Of a stretch of DNA of 64,000 nucleotides, positions 37,606 to 51,450 are shown piece after piece; position 1 is the first letter of the stretch; every line of letters begins with the position of its first letter. The position numbers and the translations under genes are program-made. The notes beneath the pieces were generated by a model. That model was not told where the DNA came from. It saw only the letters and a program-made list of their open reading frames with translations, and did no database searches. The DNA comes from Lama guanicoe (Eukaryota): positions 5,146,714 to 5,210,713 of the forward strand of contig MU053379.1 in assembly GCA_013239625.1 (NCBI GenBank), read 5' to 3'.

Positions 37606-38168
37606 GTAAGTTGATAAGACTGATATTTTAAAACAACTTAAGAAATAAGGTATTGAAATCAGATAATCTTACATTAGTCTTTAGATAATGATTTTTTTTT
37701 TAAATTCTCTGTGAGCCTGATCATACCCTTACCATACAGGCCTGGAGGGATTTGTGTTAAGCTGCTGTATTTCTGGGGGTTCAAATAGTGCTTGGCACAT
37801 CGTAGATGTTCAATAAATATTTGTCATTTGACGATACGACTTGGTATTGGGTCTGTCTCTTATCCCCGTGTGATAAAGACATTCCCCAAAGTGAGGAAAC
37901 ACGATGTCTGTCTTTTGGAGGCAGTGGAGAGTAACTGTGCCAAATGCGGAGTACCACATGTCTAAGCAAAACCCCGGGGGGTGTGATTCTAGGCAGATAA
38001 GCTTTTGGGCTTTTTATCTTTTAATGTATTAGCAAAACTCTGCTGTGGAGTATTTGGGTACATTAACTGTTAACATAAATGGATAAAAACAAGCATGCAG
38101 TCAGCTGTTGGCTTTGAAAAGGCTTATTCTGAAGTAGACTTTCTTTTCCTCCCTAAATGTTTTACCAG

Positions 38169-38267
38169 GAACGAAGCAAAGTCAGGCGGCCGAAGTGACC
38201 TGATACCGACCATCAGGTTTCGACACTGCTCTTTGCTGAGAAATCAGCGCTGCGCTCTAGCCTACCT
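38169..38267 (+). CDS. GINS1: GINS1 exon 3
   Basis: taccag|[33 protein letters not shown]|gtgagt; 99 nt. Confidence 0.97.
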
Positions 38268-38872
38268 GTGAGTGCCTCTGGGGTGGCAGGGAGCTGCAAG
38301 GGGTTCCCCTGTGGTTTCCTAATTAGTCATTTCAGATGGATAACCAACATTCTTAGATTTGTCTCTCCTTTATAAGCATGCTAAATTCTTTTTCCTCCGT
38401 TCAACTTTTTATTATGAAAAACTGCAGGATTCATAATATTAGGGAATAACATGAAACCCTCATGGAGCCATCATAACCAAAATGTTAGGTTTAACAGTCC
38501 TGACATTTTGCTATAGTTGCTTCATCTTGTTTTGTTTGTCTGCTAAACCACTACAGAGCATTGTGGCATTTGACCACTGAATACTTTAGTATGCACCTCT
38601 AAGAAATAAGGACCTTTGGTACCTTTTGTCATGTGGCCGCTGTACCATTCTCATAGCGAGAGAATCGAACACGCTGTCACTGTGTCTGTCCAGTCTGTGT
38701 CCCTGTCCTCCCAGTTGTCCCAAAGGTGTCTCCCGACAGTGGCTGGTTTGCCTCAGGAGCCTCATGAGGTCCACGTGTTACATTTCATTGTTGTGAGTCT
38801 TGGGTCTCTCCTGATCAAAGCAACTTCTGATACCCTTCTGTTACACCCTCTAATACCTTGTTAATGCCCTAG

Positions 38873-38963
38873 GTACGACCGATTGCTTCGGATTAGAGCG
38901 CTCAGGTGGGAATATGGCAGTGTCTTGCCAAGTGATTTACGATTTCACATGTCTGCTGAAGAA
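38873..38963 (+). CDS. GINS1: GINS1 exon 4
   Basis: ccctag|[30 protein letters not shown]|gtaagt; 91 nt. Confidence 0.97.
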
Positions 38964-39439
38964 GTAAGTTAGCACTGTTCAAGTTTATGAATTTGGAAAA
39001 CACTGAGATTCTGGCATTGTTCTATAACAGTATTTATGGTATTTCTCTTCTTGTCTTAATATTTGTTTTTCTGCAGTTTTGGTCTGTATTTACTGTGTGC
39101 TGTGATGAGAATGGCAGGAGTGATTCTAAATGCTATGTGGAAAACTCTGCTATGACTTATTAGGGATCATCAGTAGGATTAAAATCACTGGCATCGTTAT
39201 TTAGAGATTTTCATAAATTATGTGTGTACATACTTTCCTTGTCAACGTGAATATCTATGATGAATCCAGTCACTGAGGCACAGAGCTGGCTCAGTATTTA
39301 AGGACACAGAGTCATGCAAACTTGGATTCAGACCTTGGCTCTGCCACAGTCACATCTTGGGCAGGTGATTCAGTCTCTCCCTGTGTCTAAATCTCCTCGT
39401 CTGCAAAGTGAGGGCCAAAGTGCTTACCTGTTACAGGGC

Positions 39440-39605
39440 TGCAGTGTCTTCAGACACTAGCTTCCTAGAGTGAGAGCAGACTTCACAGGGTGAGACTGCC
39501 CTCAACCTTAGACACCAGTTGTAAGTTTGGGGGTTCCCAGGGCCACCCTCCCTTCTGGCCAACTGGCTACAAATTCAGGGGTTCCCACCATCCCCTCAGG
39601 CTTTT
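39440..39605. mobile_element. MER21-like LTR fragment
   Basis: 'agactgccctcaaccttagacaccagttgtaagtttgggggttcccagggccaccctcccttctggccaactggctacaaattcaggggttcccac' resembles MER21 as recalled. Confidence 0.65.
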
Positions 39606-41170
39606 AGCCTCTTGATATCAGCCCAACCACCGGAGAGGAGAGGGGAGCTGGACGTAGATCCTCAGTCACCTGTGAGCTGGTCCGTCGTGCAGATGTAATG
39701 ACACCCCAGAGCTGTGAGCATCCCTGGTTGACAACACGTCCATGTGCCAGGAGGGTGTTGTATCCTGAGTCTACAGTGGGAGGACCCTCCCAGATCTCCC
39801 CCGTGTGTCTCTGCCTTTGGCTGGTTCTGACCAGTGTCCCTTTAAATGCAGTAAAACCATGACTTTTAAGTGGATTGCTTTCCAGGGCTCGAGTCGTTTT
39901 GGCAAATGGTTGACCCTGAGGGAGGGGTGGGTGTGTCCGCGCATGCACACACATTCCCGATGCAGGCTATGAGGATGTCTTCCGCAGAGCCTTCCAGGAG
40001 TTAGCTTGCTTACCAGCCCCAAAGAGGCCTACAGTGCGGGGACTGATTCTTGTGTTTGATGGGAGAGTTGGGTAGCGTTTTCAACATGGGGACTGAGATG
40101 GCACCGTTTCTTGAAAAGCCCCTCTTTTCCCCCTGCTCCGCGCACAGTGCCACTTTTGTCATAAATTGAGCATCAGTGTGTCTGGATTTGGATGGGAGAC
40201 TTCTGCTTGTCCTTGCGCTGGCTCCACGCTGTTTTAACTCTCCTAATTTTATAAGTCTTGAGTCAGTATTCCCTTCTTATTCCTCTTTTTCAAGTGTCTC
40301 AACTGTTTTTGGCCTTTTGCATTTCCATGCAAATTTTAGACTCAATTTGTCAAGTTTCATTTTTTAAAAAGTTGACGTTTTGATTGAGATTGAATTGAAC
40401 CTGTAGGTCAGTTGGCATTAATATGAGACTGACTCATGCAGTCCATGAGTGTGGGATACCCTTCCAGATATTTAGGTCTTCTTTGATGTCTCTCAACAAT
40501 TATAAGAAAAGAACCAATATACTGAGATACAATTTACATACCATGAAGTCACCCTGTTAAAGTACCTTGAGAGAGATGTGCGCCTGTCAACACCCTGTCC
40601 AGAACATGTTCTCTCTCTGCTTCCCTGCCCCTGGAAACCACTAACCTACTTTCTCCATAGATTTGCCTAGGTTGGATTTTCCATATGAGTGGAATTGCGC
40701 AGTATGTGGCCTTTTATGTCTTTTACCCGGCGTGTTTTCAAGGTCCATCCATGTAGTAATTGCGCACTGGAAGTCCTTTCAGACTTTGGGTTGGATAATC
40801 CCATTGTGGGGTTGTACACGTCTTATCCCTTCATCGGTTGATGGACATTTGGGTGTTTTCTCTACATTGTTTCATAGTTTCAGAGAAAACATCAGTATGG
40901 AGTTTAACAGAGTTTGCAGAGATCATAATTCTGAAATGGTGTATTTTTCAGAGTTCAGGTTTTGTTGGAAAGTTCCTTAGGTCTGCGATTAAGTATGCTG
41001 GGATGCAAGTTCTGTGAGAACAGGTTTTTGTTCACTTTGATAAATGATGCTTCCTAAGACCCCAGGCCAGTGCCTGGTTCATGGCAGGCAGTCGGTAATA
41101 TTTGTAGTTTAGATGAATGGTAGTTGCAGTAACGATCCCTGTGGGGAGTGTGCTGTTTTTGAAGGGATGA

Positions 41171-41365
<195 letters not shown>

Positions 41366-41442
41366 TAAACGGGTTTTCTTTAACGCATAGACTCTGCTGG
41401 CTTGTCTGAGGAGAAGCGGGATGTGGGCATGTAGTAGCCGTG

Positions 41443-41760
41443 CAGGCACACCTTGGAGATATCGCAGATTTGATTTCAGACCCACAGTAAAGCCAACATG
41501 CGGTAAAGCAAGTCACACAAAGTCTTTGGTTTCCCAGTGCATGTAAAAGTTGTGTGTACACTACATCGTGGTCTATTAAATGTGCAGCAGCAGTGTGTCT
41601 AAAAAACAATGAACATACTTTATTGCTAAAAGATACTGTCATCTGATAATGCAAGGCTGCCACAAACCTTCAATTTGTGAAAAATAGGTTACCTGAGAAG
41701 CACAAAAAGCAAAGCACACACACAAACAACATAAACCCAAACCAAAAATGTCACCTGTAG
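41443..41760. mobile_element. Internally deleted Tigger1 DNA transposon
   Basis: One end 'caggcacaccttggagatatcgcag...tttggtttcccagtgcatgtaaaagtt' is joined to the other end 'gctgccacaaaccttcaatttgtgaaaaa'. Confidence 0.8.
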
Positions 41761-43742
41761 GGGCAGGAAGAATAGGACGGAGTAGATGAAACTTTCTGAC
41801 TGGACCTGTTCTAACAGTTTTAACTTTGGAACTGTGTAAATATGTTACTTTAAAGCACATAAAATTGACTGTGTTTCCCTAATGGGTGTATTCTAAGGGT
41901 GGGAAGAAGTGCAGAGAGCTCTTAACCTGTCTCCAGTTACAGCAGTAGTAGTGGTAGTAGTAGTAACAGTATTGTTACTGTTATTTGTAAACAGTGTATG
42001 AATTGAGGAATAGAGCAAAACGGTAACAGCGTGGACTCACGTTGAATCATCTCTTTCAAAGAAGTGTTTCTTAGCGCTGCCCACTGAGGAGGCTTGGGAG
42101 CTGTGACCAGCCCCGCATGAGCATCCGCTTCCTGGGGTCTAAGTACCATTTCCCCTGTAAAAGGAAACCAGGACTCCTGGGGAAAATGGCCCATTCCAGG
42201 TCTTGAATAGATAGAAAGTGTACCAGCTGAGCATGGAAAGCAAAGAAGGCATCATGGGCTCCACGGGGAGGGCTGCCCAGGCTCAGGAGCGGGCTCAGAG
42301 GGGCTGGCATTCCCTGGGGAAGCAAACTGAGCCGCAGAATGACTGATGGCAGTGAATCGTAGCACTTCAGTTACGTAAGGAGCAAGAATGATAACACCAC
42401 CAAACAACAACAGTAACAATTTTAACACCGAAACCTCTTTGGGGCCCCTTGGAGAATATAAAAGAGGCACCTCATTTTGAAAAGTGGTAAATAAAAGAAT
42501 GGAGAAAAGCCTCCACCCTCCTTTACTGCGCAGATTCAGTCTCAGGGAAGCCAGACTGTTTGCAAGAGAAATTTCTTTTTGTAGAAGAATTCCAGCTAAT
42601 AAAAGGAGCAGGAAGGAAAGAATGAGATGAAGGCCGTTTTGTAGCCCTAACACAGGCAAATAGCTGCTACACCAGGAGGTGGAAGAATTCTTAAATCATG
42701 GGGGTGTGGGTGGGTGTGGGTGGGTGTGGTTGGGCGGGAGTGGTGCGCAGACCCACTGGTCAGTCTCAGCATCCAAAGAGACTCCAGACACTTTGTGCTT
42801 CGTGACATCAGGACACCGTTTGCCTGGAAGCTAAGCCTGATCTGATCCAGCCCCTGTACCTAACTTCCACTTTAAAGGAGATTCTGGGATGGAGGAACAT
42901 GTTACATGACCCCACAGGAATCCACAACAAAATCTAGTTTGTGGGAAACTACCAGACAGACTGCCCAGTTTATTTAACAGATAAATCGCCAAGGGGGAGA
43001 ACCCTGCAGATGAAAATGGACTTGGAGGCGTCAGAAACATGCAACGTGCAACTCTTGTTTGAGTGATTTTAATGTGGCAACTTTAAAAACATTATGAGAT
43101 GAATGGGAGAATTTGGATACCAACCAGGGTTTTCATGATATTTAAAAATTACTACTTACTAAGATGTGATAATGGTGTTGAGGGCTTTTTTTTTTTGAAG
43201 AAGAAGAACCTTATTTTGTAGAAATAGGTACCAAAATATTTATTAATTAAATGAAATGACGTCTAGGATGTGCATCAGAGCTCCCCAGAAGTGGTGAGGG
43301 AACCAGACTGGCGACATGTTGGTGATTGTTGAAGCTGATGGGTCGTGGGGTTTTATTAGTCATTTTACCTTTGAATGTGGTTGAGATTTTCCACAATAAA
43401 AATCTATTTAAAGAAGCAAAATGGTGGTAGTGGAGGGGGGGATTTTTCTAAAATAGTGTTGCTCAAGCTAAGTCAGAATGCCTTTGGGATTGGCAGAGCA
43501 ATCACAGGGCATGAGATCATCCGGGAAACGTAGGGGACTGAGACGGGGTTGGCTGTGCTCATACCACACTGATGCTGGGGCTCGGACTCTCAGGCAGAGG
43601 AATGCGTCCTCCCGCTTCGCTGGGGCGGCTCCTGGAGCTGGGCCAGGTCCCAGACCTCTGGGGCCCTGTCGAGGTTCCTTCCTTGCGGTCTCAGAGGTCA
43701 TCAGGCTGCCTCACCCCTCCCACCTTCAGCTAAGAGCCTTCC

Positions 43743-43836
43743 GGGGGAGGGGACAGGTCAGAGGTAGAACGCGTGCTCAGCAGGCAGCAGGTCCTGGTTT
43801 CAGTCCCCAGAGCCTCCATTTAAAAAAGGGGAAAAA
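43743..43836 (+). mobile_element. tRNA-derived SINE (short, degenerate)
   Basis: 'gggggaggggacaggtcagaggtagaacgcgtgctcagc...gtcctggtttcagtccccagagcctcca' plus A-rich tail; TSD aagagcct at 43732-43739 and 43837-43844. Confidence 0.8.
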
Positions 43837-44370
43837 AAGAGCCTCTCCTGATTGTGTAACACGAGTCTGCCTCCGTTCTCTCCCAGAGCCCTGCTAAGCA
43901 AGCGTCCGCGTGGTGACGGAGAGTGGAAGAGTCTTCAAAACAGAAATGTTGCTGACTTACATCCCATCCTCAGACACTGGTGTTTTATGGGAGGGATCTG
44001 GGAGAGGACGTTGGAGCAAGTGGGAAACATTCTCTTCTCTTTGTAGACATGTATTTCAGCTGCTTTGGTTTTTCAGGATTTGCAGAGGGATGAGAATCCA
44101 GTGATGTTGTCTCTCTCTGGCAGCAACCTGGGTTTCCTTCCTGCCAGCGCTGATGTCCACATATTCAGAAATTGGCCATTTTGCTTCCTCCCCATCAGAG
44201 CAGGGCGGTTGGAACCACGAATACCACAGCAGGGAGAACCAGTCCCAGTACCCAGAGAAGAAACAGGAGACAGCCCCATGCCCTCCCTGCGGGTGCACAC
44301 ACAGTCCCCATCCACTTTGTGGTCGCTGCTTGTTAAGTAGTTGAGGTAAAACATCAATTTTTCCTTTCAG

Positions 44371-44445
44371 GTGCGGTGTCTGAAAGACTACGGGGAATTT
44401 GAAGTTGATGATGGTACTTCCGTCCTTTTAAAGAGAAACAGCCAG
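44371..44445 (+). CDS. GINS1: GINS1 exon 6
   Basis: tttcag|[25 protein letters not shown]|gtattc; 75 nt. Confidence 0.97.
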
Positions 44446-44633
44446 GTATTCACCGTCTTAGGATAGTTGAAGAGTGTTGAATGATCGAAATGTTAGAGTC
44501 GGTAGCAAACAACTGTCTCCTTGGGGTGATCATTTGTGTCATAGTATGTTTAATTTAAGATGCTCTGTTTTGTCCTTTTCCTAAACATAAAGACTTAAAG
44601 CCATTGTTGCAGATAGTAAGAAACGGTTAATCA

Positions 44634-44946
44634 CAGCTGACTCTTGAACGACGTGTGGGGTTCAGGGTGCCAGCCAACCCCCCAGCCCCACACGGTCAGA
44701 AATCCGAGCACTGCCATTTCTGCCTCAAAAACAAAGGAACTGATAGACGGCTCACCTGAGGGCAGGAAGCCGGGACAGTCGGGGTAGAGTCAGGACCCAA
44801 ACCCTAGTTCTTTTGATTCCACATATTATGATCTCTGATTGAACACAGACTTGTTAATTTAAAGATCTGTAAAATGAAAGCACAGGTTATATATGACACA
44901 TGTAAGTGGAGCCGTGCAGTTCAAACCCATGTTCGAGTGTCAGCTG
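44634..44946 (+). mobile_element. TcMar-Tigger MITE (MER8/Tigger2-like)
   Basis: Ends 'cagctgactcttgaacgac' and 'gtgcagttcaaacccatgttcgagtgtcagctg'; same family as 2789-2991. Confidence 0.7.
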
Positions 44947-46024
44947 CAATTTGCTTGGGTTTTGCTTGAATTTAATACCGAGCATTTTCCTACGAAATTA
45001 CCACAGTGGGTCTCACTCTAGTTAACAGGCTATTTGTTGCATTTAGCTCCTTCAAATTATTATTTATTAAAAAGGTGCTAAGCACTTGTTTTTAGTTTAT
45101 ACTTCTTCACATTTTAAATGCTAGTTCTTCAGCAAGTAGTGATATGGATCAAAAGTTTCTAAGCATTTAATACATAAACATAACAGCTTAATAGGGAAAG
45201 ACTGAAGTTGTGACGTTGTAACCTACCCTCAATTTTTCCTTAGAAAGAATCTCAGTGCATTTATTGTTTCCTTAGAAATCTTCAAGTTCACGTTAGATGA
45301 ATCGCGTGAGCTATGTTTATTTTTCCCTGTCTCAACTTTCTGTAGTCACACTAGCATAGGAGGGAAGATGGCCTGGTGAAGACCACTTTCCTCTGTTACC
45401 TGCCACCTTGCTGTCAGACGGGTGTCATCTACTGACCCCTCGTCCCTGACGTTGAAGCCAAAGAATGCTTCCAGTTGGGTGGTTCTCGGCTCGTTTCCCT
45501 GAGGGTGAGCGGGTCTCTTATTTTGCTAGTACCCTTGGAACTTTAAATAGTTTCCTAAAACAAAGGTTGAGTTTTTTAAAGACAGGTTTTCAGGGTGTCC
45601 TAAAATCTTTAGTTGTTAACGGCAAAAATTTCCCTCCCAAGCATCCTCTTAGAAGTAGGGTACTGCTGAGTAGAAAGTGTGAGTTAATGCTCTCGTAGTA
45701 TCTGTGTCTGGAGGACCCAGTGTGACGCTCTGGCTCACAGGAACAAAGCCAGCCTCATGAAGCAGGCTCTGAGAAGTGCTCTTCATCCCAGACGCCGTCT
45801 TGCGGCTGCACTTCTTCCCAGGCTCTGGCCAGCCCTCCCACCCGACGTGCTAGGACACTGACTCCTCAGCGGGGAGAGCCTGGGCGGGCTGGGGCGGCCG
45901 GAACCCGGCCGGTCCCTCCTCCGCCTGCTGCCCTGCTGGACACTGCTGTTTCTGTGTGGACCGTGCCGCAGCCTTCCTCTTGCTGAAACTTTGTCTCAGT
46001 ATCGCCGTAGAAAAACAGGAAAGC

Positions 46025-46155
46025 GGCAAGGGATAGCTCAGCGGTAGAGCGTGTGCTTAGCTTGCAAGTGGTCCTGGGTTCAGTCCCTGGCGCCTCCACG
46101 GTGTGGAAGTAAACCACCCCTCCCCAGTGAATGAACGGACAAATGAATTAAGGAA
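46025..46155 (+). mobile_element. tRNA(Ala)-like SINE
   Basis: A box 'tagctcagcggtaga', degenerate B box 'gggttcagtccc', then the family tail 'taaaccacccctcccc' and an A-rich end. Confidence 0.8.
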
Positions 46156-46494
46156 AAAAGCCGGAAAAACATTTCAGAAGCATAATTTATGGTAGTTGAT
46201 GTAAGGGGCTTCTGAAATGTCTGAGCACACCTGAAACCAGTTTCTGTGGAATCAAGAGTGTAGACCACCCACGTGATGGGAAACATCCCCCTCCGCACAT
46301 TCTTCTGCTCTTGTCAGGGTGGTGAGCATGCTTCTGGTCGGGAATTCAGAGCCCCCTCTTTTCAGCAGACATTGGAGTAACTTCCCTGTTGGGCTGCGGG
46401 AATGTTTGAAATGTATATGAAATGCTGCTTTTTAATGATGCAGGATGTAATTTAAAACTCTTCTCCTTCCTTCCTTCTCCCCTCCTTCCCTCAG

Positions 46495-46563
46495 CACTTT
46501 CTGCCCCGGTGGAAGTGTGAACAGCTGATTAGACAGGGCGTCCTGGAGCACGTGCTGTCGTGA
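46495..46563 (+). CDS. GINS1: GINS1 exon 7 (last coding exon)
   Basis: Polypyrimidine tract and cag|[22 protein letters not shown] (TGA 46561-46563); all seven exons sum to 591 nt = 196 aa plus stop. Confidence 0.97.
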   Translation, partial: HFLPRWKCEQLIRQGVLEHVLS

Positions 46564-47068
46564 CCCGAGCTGCTGCCAGGCCCCCGCTGGTGTGGGGCTG
46601 GACCCGACCAAGGATGCTGCTCCTCTCCCCTCTCCACCTCCCCTCGGCCCACCTCTCTTTGGTTTTAATACTTACATTCTTTAAGATAACCAGGCATGAT
46701 TGGTGGAAGAATACAGTTTGTTCTTTCCGATTTCTCTTTTATTTAATTTCTGAATAGAATCCCCTAACCTTCCATGGTGAACCTGTTTTTGGATTTGTCA
46801 TGTGCTTCCATTGTGAAGCATCATTTCTCAATTCAGAGTTTGAATTCTTGCCCTCTAGAGACCCTATGTCCCCCACCCTGCGGTCCACAGGCCCAGTGGC
46901 CAGGAGTCCAGGATCGAGGCTCTGGCAGATTTGGTGCCTACAGAGGGTGCTTCCTGGGTCCACCTTCTCACTCTGTCCTCACAAGGTGGAAAGTTGGGTT
47001 TCTGTCGTACAGGATCCTCCTCTTTGTGTAGTAAGCTGAATCTGTAATTACATCCTTGCAGTTCCCAG

Positions 47069-47074
47069 AATAAA
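47069..47074 (+). terminator. GINS1: Candidate GINS1 poly(A) signal
   Basis: AATAAA ~500 nt after the stop, followed by GT/T-rich 'gtgtgtttttgtgt'. Confidence 0.6.
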
Positions 47075-48249
47075 TACCACAGTGTGTTTTTGTGTAATGA
47101 AAGTAAACATGTTACATGTGGATCTCTTCTCAGCAGTGGGGAAGGGTCTCAGCTGGCTGTGTAGGGAGACAGGGTGTGCCTTGTGTGGCTCCTGGTCGTG
47201 CTCCCTGTACCAGCCGGGGTCCCTGCAGCTCCTGTTTCCAGGTCACATGGTCAGGGGAGGTGATGGTCTAAGGTTTTCAGTGTATTGATTGTTTAATGAC
47301 AGACTAACGTATTGTCTGGCTATTTGGGAAGGAAGGACACAGTGGATTTTTCCCATTTCCTGCACTGGTGGCTGGTGTGGCTGGAAAGGGGAATAGAAAT
47401 TGAGGCTAGAAAAGGGAGTTCGAGTGGTTCCCCCCTCCACCGAGTCACTCACCATAAAGTCACGTGAAGAGCTGGTCAGCTGGGTGGAGGGCAGTTCTCA
47501 TTGCCCGATGTTCTGTGAGTGATAGGAACTGGACAGTGGTGGTCAGTGGCCTTTCGCTGCCAGTCTCCTCCATAACCAGCCCAGTAATCTCAGAGGCAAT
47601 CAAGTACAAAGTCCAGATAAGCCCGGTACCTGGCACAGGCTGTGCAGCTTCACTCTTACATAGGAGACTGTTTCTGGCCAACATGATGCTCAAGTCCACC
47701 TGTGGAGTCTGCCGAGGCTGTGGGTTGCACGTTCTCAGGGTACGCGAGTGCACGTGCTCAGGTCAGTAGGCGGCCCTCGACCCATTGTGAGCCTGGAGTC
47801 CTCGAGTCGGCGTGAGGACGGACCGCAGTGCAGGCGTTGCCACGCCGCCAGCCCAGCCTCGTTCCTGAGCTGACGTGATGCACTCTCCTGTTCAGTCCCA
47901 AGTGAAACAGTAAGTACAGGCCTTATTTGAGATGAATGTGCGCTAGTTGAAAAGTTAACATTTTGTGGGTTTTATTGATTTATGTTGGCTGGCTCTCTAG
48001 AATTGTGGCTAGAATTTTAAACATCTATCTTATATGATTTTTTTCTTAAAGAGGTAATATATGCACAGTTAAAAAGGAAAACATAGCCCTGTAATGTAGA
48101 AAATGAAGCAAGTTCCCCTTCCACCTACTGAATGCCACCATCCAGGGTATCCACTGTTAACTAGTCACGTGTGTAAAGCGTAACTGCATTTCTTTTTAAG
48201 TGTTTCCCCACGTATTTCTAGTGTTTGTTTCTAGTGTGAATGGAATCCC

Positions 48250-48368
48250 TTTTTAAAAAAAATGTGGGGGGGTGACTAGGTTTATTTATTTAGTGGAGGT
48301 ACTGGGGATCGAACCTGGGACCCTGTGCATGCGAAGCAGGCACCCGACCACTGAGCTAGAACCTCCCC
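48250..48368 (-). mobile_element. tRNA-derived SINE
   Basis: Reverse complement reads ggggaggttctagctcagtggtcgggtgcctgcttcgcatgcacagggtcccaggttcgatccccagtacctccactaaataaataaacctag. Confidence 0.85.
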
Positions 48369-49869
48369 GCGGAGTCCTTCTTGTGTGTGGTATTTTCTGA
48401 CTAGTTTTCGGCTGATACGTACAAAACCGTGCATTACGATGGTTTGGCCATCTTCTCGTATTTATGTAAGCTCATGTCTCTTCTCACGTTGATCTTGTTC
48501 TCTTGAACTTTCAGGAAGTGGTTGCCTTCTGCAGCTCACAGCTGGAAGCTTACCTTCTACCTGACTTGATTGAAATGCCAGGCTTCTAATGTTTCTGTCC
48601 CATGCTTCTCCAGGAAAAATACTAAAACCTGTGGCCTCCCTCAGTGCCACCTGAAGCCCCCAAATAAATTCAGCACCGTAACAAAATGAACCGGGGTAAT
48701 TAATAAGCAGGGTTTTCCCAGGTGCACTTTTGGAACTTGAGTCATCATAGATGGTTTCTCACTTAATTCCCTGAAGTTACAAATTGTATGTAAAGAATTT
48801 TATTGTTGAACTGTCTTGCATTCCACTTGTAACACTGCTCTTGGCCACGGCGTGTTAGCCATTCGAGGAAATGCAAGGTGTGACTGACTGACTTTCTGGG
48901 AAGGTTGCGGCTGTGGCTGATGCTGGCTTATAGTGTTTGGGAAGAGGCGAACGTGTACGTGTTCATGTATGTGTCTACGCTTTGTCAGTGTTTGCAGTTA
49001 TCTGTTCCTACGAAAAAAAACCCAAACATAGTGGCTTTAAAGCCACACCACTTTGGTAACTCTCCCAGTTCTGCGAGTTGACGAGGTTCAGCTGGGAGGC
49101 TCTGCAGATCTTGCGTGGGGCCCCTGAGGCGGTCACATTCAGACGGCGGTCTGGCTGGGAGGGCTCAGCTTCCCGTGTCCGAGTGGGGTCTCCACGTGGT
49201 TCTCCAGCAAGCGGCTGGGCCTCACATGGCACCTGGGGCCCCTGCGGAGCTGGGAGGTGGATGTGGGAGCTGCTGGTTTTCTGAACGGCCAGGCCTGGTG
49301 CTGTACTCGCACTGTTTCTGCCACAGCCTGTGATTACTGCAGCCAGAGGTGCCCAGGCTCGGGAGGCCCCCAGGGCCAGGCATCACTTGCTGGTGTCCTT
49401 AGGAGAGCTCGCTTTCTTGTCTACCTTTAATAGAAATGTGAGTTTTAAGATAGCATGAATACCTATGGAACCACCTGAGTATGAATCTTTCTGGAGAGAG
49501 ATGAATTTTTTTTATTTTCCTTAGTTTGTGGTCAAATTTTTTGCTTTTTAAAGTAAATTGTAGTTAATCGTGTTTTTAAAATATTTTATTCTATAAATAT
49601 TTATTCTATATTTTGCAGTGTATTAAGGTATTTTTTCCTTTTCTGTACACAGGTCATTCCTAATATGTATCTGTTTTCCCTTTTTTCTCTTGGTCGTATA
49701 GCTAAAAAAGGTTATCTGTAACGAAGATGTATTAATCTTTTGGGATGTAGAGAATGGAGATGTAGATTTCAGATGATTTATTGCTTTTCACAGTTCATAG
49801 CATTTTAGGATGAGCTGAATTTATTGTTTTATAACTTCACAAAAAAACACTTAACGTTTTCATGTAGTA

Positions 49870-50030
49870 AAAATGTAACCGCAAGAAGGCAGCCGTCGGC
49901 AAGCCCAGGACAGAGGCCTCAGAAAAACAAACTTGCCAACACCGTGACCTTGGATTCAGCCTCCAGGATTCCAAGGAAGTGGATTTCTGTTGTGAAGCCA
50001 CGCAGTCTGTGTTGTAGCGGCAGCCTCCGC
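49870..50030 (+). mobile_element. MLT1 LTR 3' fragment
   Basis: 'caagcccaggacagaggcctcagaaaaacaaacttgccaacaccgtgaccttggattcagcctccagg...tttctgttgtgaagccacgcagtctgtg'. Confidence 0.75.
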
Positions 50031-50269
50031 AGACGAAGAGGCGCCCGCACTTCTGAGAGGGCCTGCTTCCCTGCCGACGGCGCTTGGACAGTTTGCGCCC
50101 TTTCGCTGTTACAGACACAGCTGGGTCAGTAGCCTTGTGCATGCGTCGTTCGCTGTGCATACAGCTTTGTGTGGGGGAGAATTTTAATTCTGATGGCACA
50201 GATGTAGGAATTGTAATTTCTCCTACCACCAGAGATGGCGTCGCTCCCCCCACCCCCTTTGCTCACAGA

Positions 50270-51450
50270 ACGTTTCCAGTTTGGGGCTGTTGCACACATG
50301 TTCAGGTCTTTTATGGACACGTATTTCCTTTCCTTTGGGGCAAATAACTAGGAGTAAAATGGATGGGTCATGTTGTAGGTGTGATTTTAACTTAAGGAAC
50401 TGGCATGCTGCCCCGAGATGGCTGTGCATTTCGTATTCACGTCAGCGCTGTACGAGTTCTAGTTCCTTCGTGTCCTCCACAGGACTTGGCAGGATTACCC
50501 TTTCTGATTTTACCCGTTCTAATAGCTGTAAGGTGCTAGCTCACTGAGATTTTAATTTGCATTTCCCTGGTGACAAAGATGTTGAGTATCTTTACATGTG
50601 ATTATTTGGAATGTATATCTTTATTTGGTGAACATGTCCAGATCTTTGTCCATTTGTTGAAAAATTAGGTTGTTTTCTTGTTGAGTTTCAGGAGTTCTTT
50701 ATACATTCTGGATGTAAGTTCTTTATGAGATCACGCTTTGCAAAGGTTTTCTCCCAGTTTGTGGCTTGTCTGTTCTTTTTCTTAACAGAATCTTTTGAAG
50801 AGCAGACATTTTAGTTTTGATAAATTTATTCATTTGTCTTATTTATGCTTTTGGTGTCATACCTAAGAAATCTTTTCCCAGTCCAAGGTCACAAAACTTT
50901 TTTCCCTTCATCTAGAAGTGTTATAGTTTTAGGTCTTACACTTAAGTCCCTGACCCATTTTGAGTCAAGTTTGGTATATGGTGCGAGGTGTTAACCAGGG
51001 TCATTCGGTGGGGGCTACATGGGGGATACCTGGCTGCTCCAGTACCTTTTCTTCACAGGACGTGAGTGAGTGGTTTGCCGCGCCGAGCACTGCTATGCGC
51101 AGAACAGGCCGTGGGGCCGCGCTTGCCCACCCTGTTCTGCTGCTTGACGGCGGTAGTGACTGTCCTGTTTCCTTCCTCCTACTGATTTTGGGTTTAATTT
51201 GCTCCTTTTCTGCTTATTTAAGGTAGAAGCTGAGGTCACTGATTTGAAGCCTTTCTTTTATAGCCCAGTTGTTTAGTGCTATGAATTTTCCCCTAAGTGC
51301 TGCTTTTGCTCCACCCTACACATTTTGGTATGTTTTCATTTTCAGTCAGTTTGAAACTTGTTGTAATTTTCTTTGTTTGGTGGGTAATATCCGTTTGCAA
51401 CTATTTGGGGATTTTCCAGATCTCATTCTGGTCTTGAATCCTAATTTAGA
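50270..51450 (-). mobile_element. Ancient L1 ORF2 fragments (antisense)
   Basis: 'tttaatttgcatttccctggtgacaaagatgttgag...gagttctttatacattctggatgtaag...ttttggtgtcatacctaagaaatc'. Confidence 0.8.

Noticed and set aside
46025..46098. tRNA-Ala-like gene
   Set aside because: Degenerate B box and stems, SINE-type tail, and two related copies in the window (43743, 48250); called as a SINE
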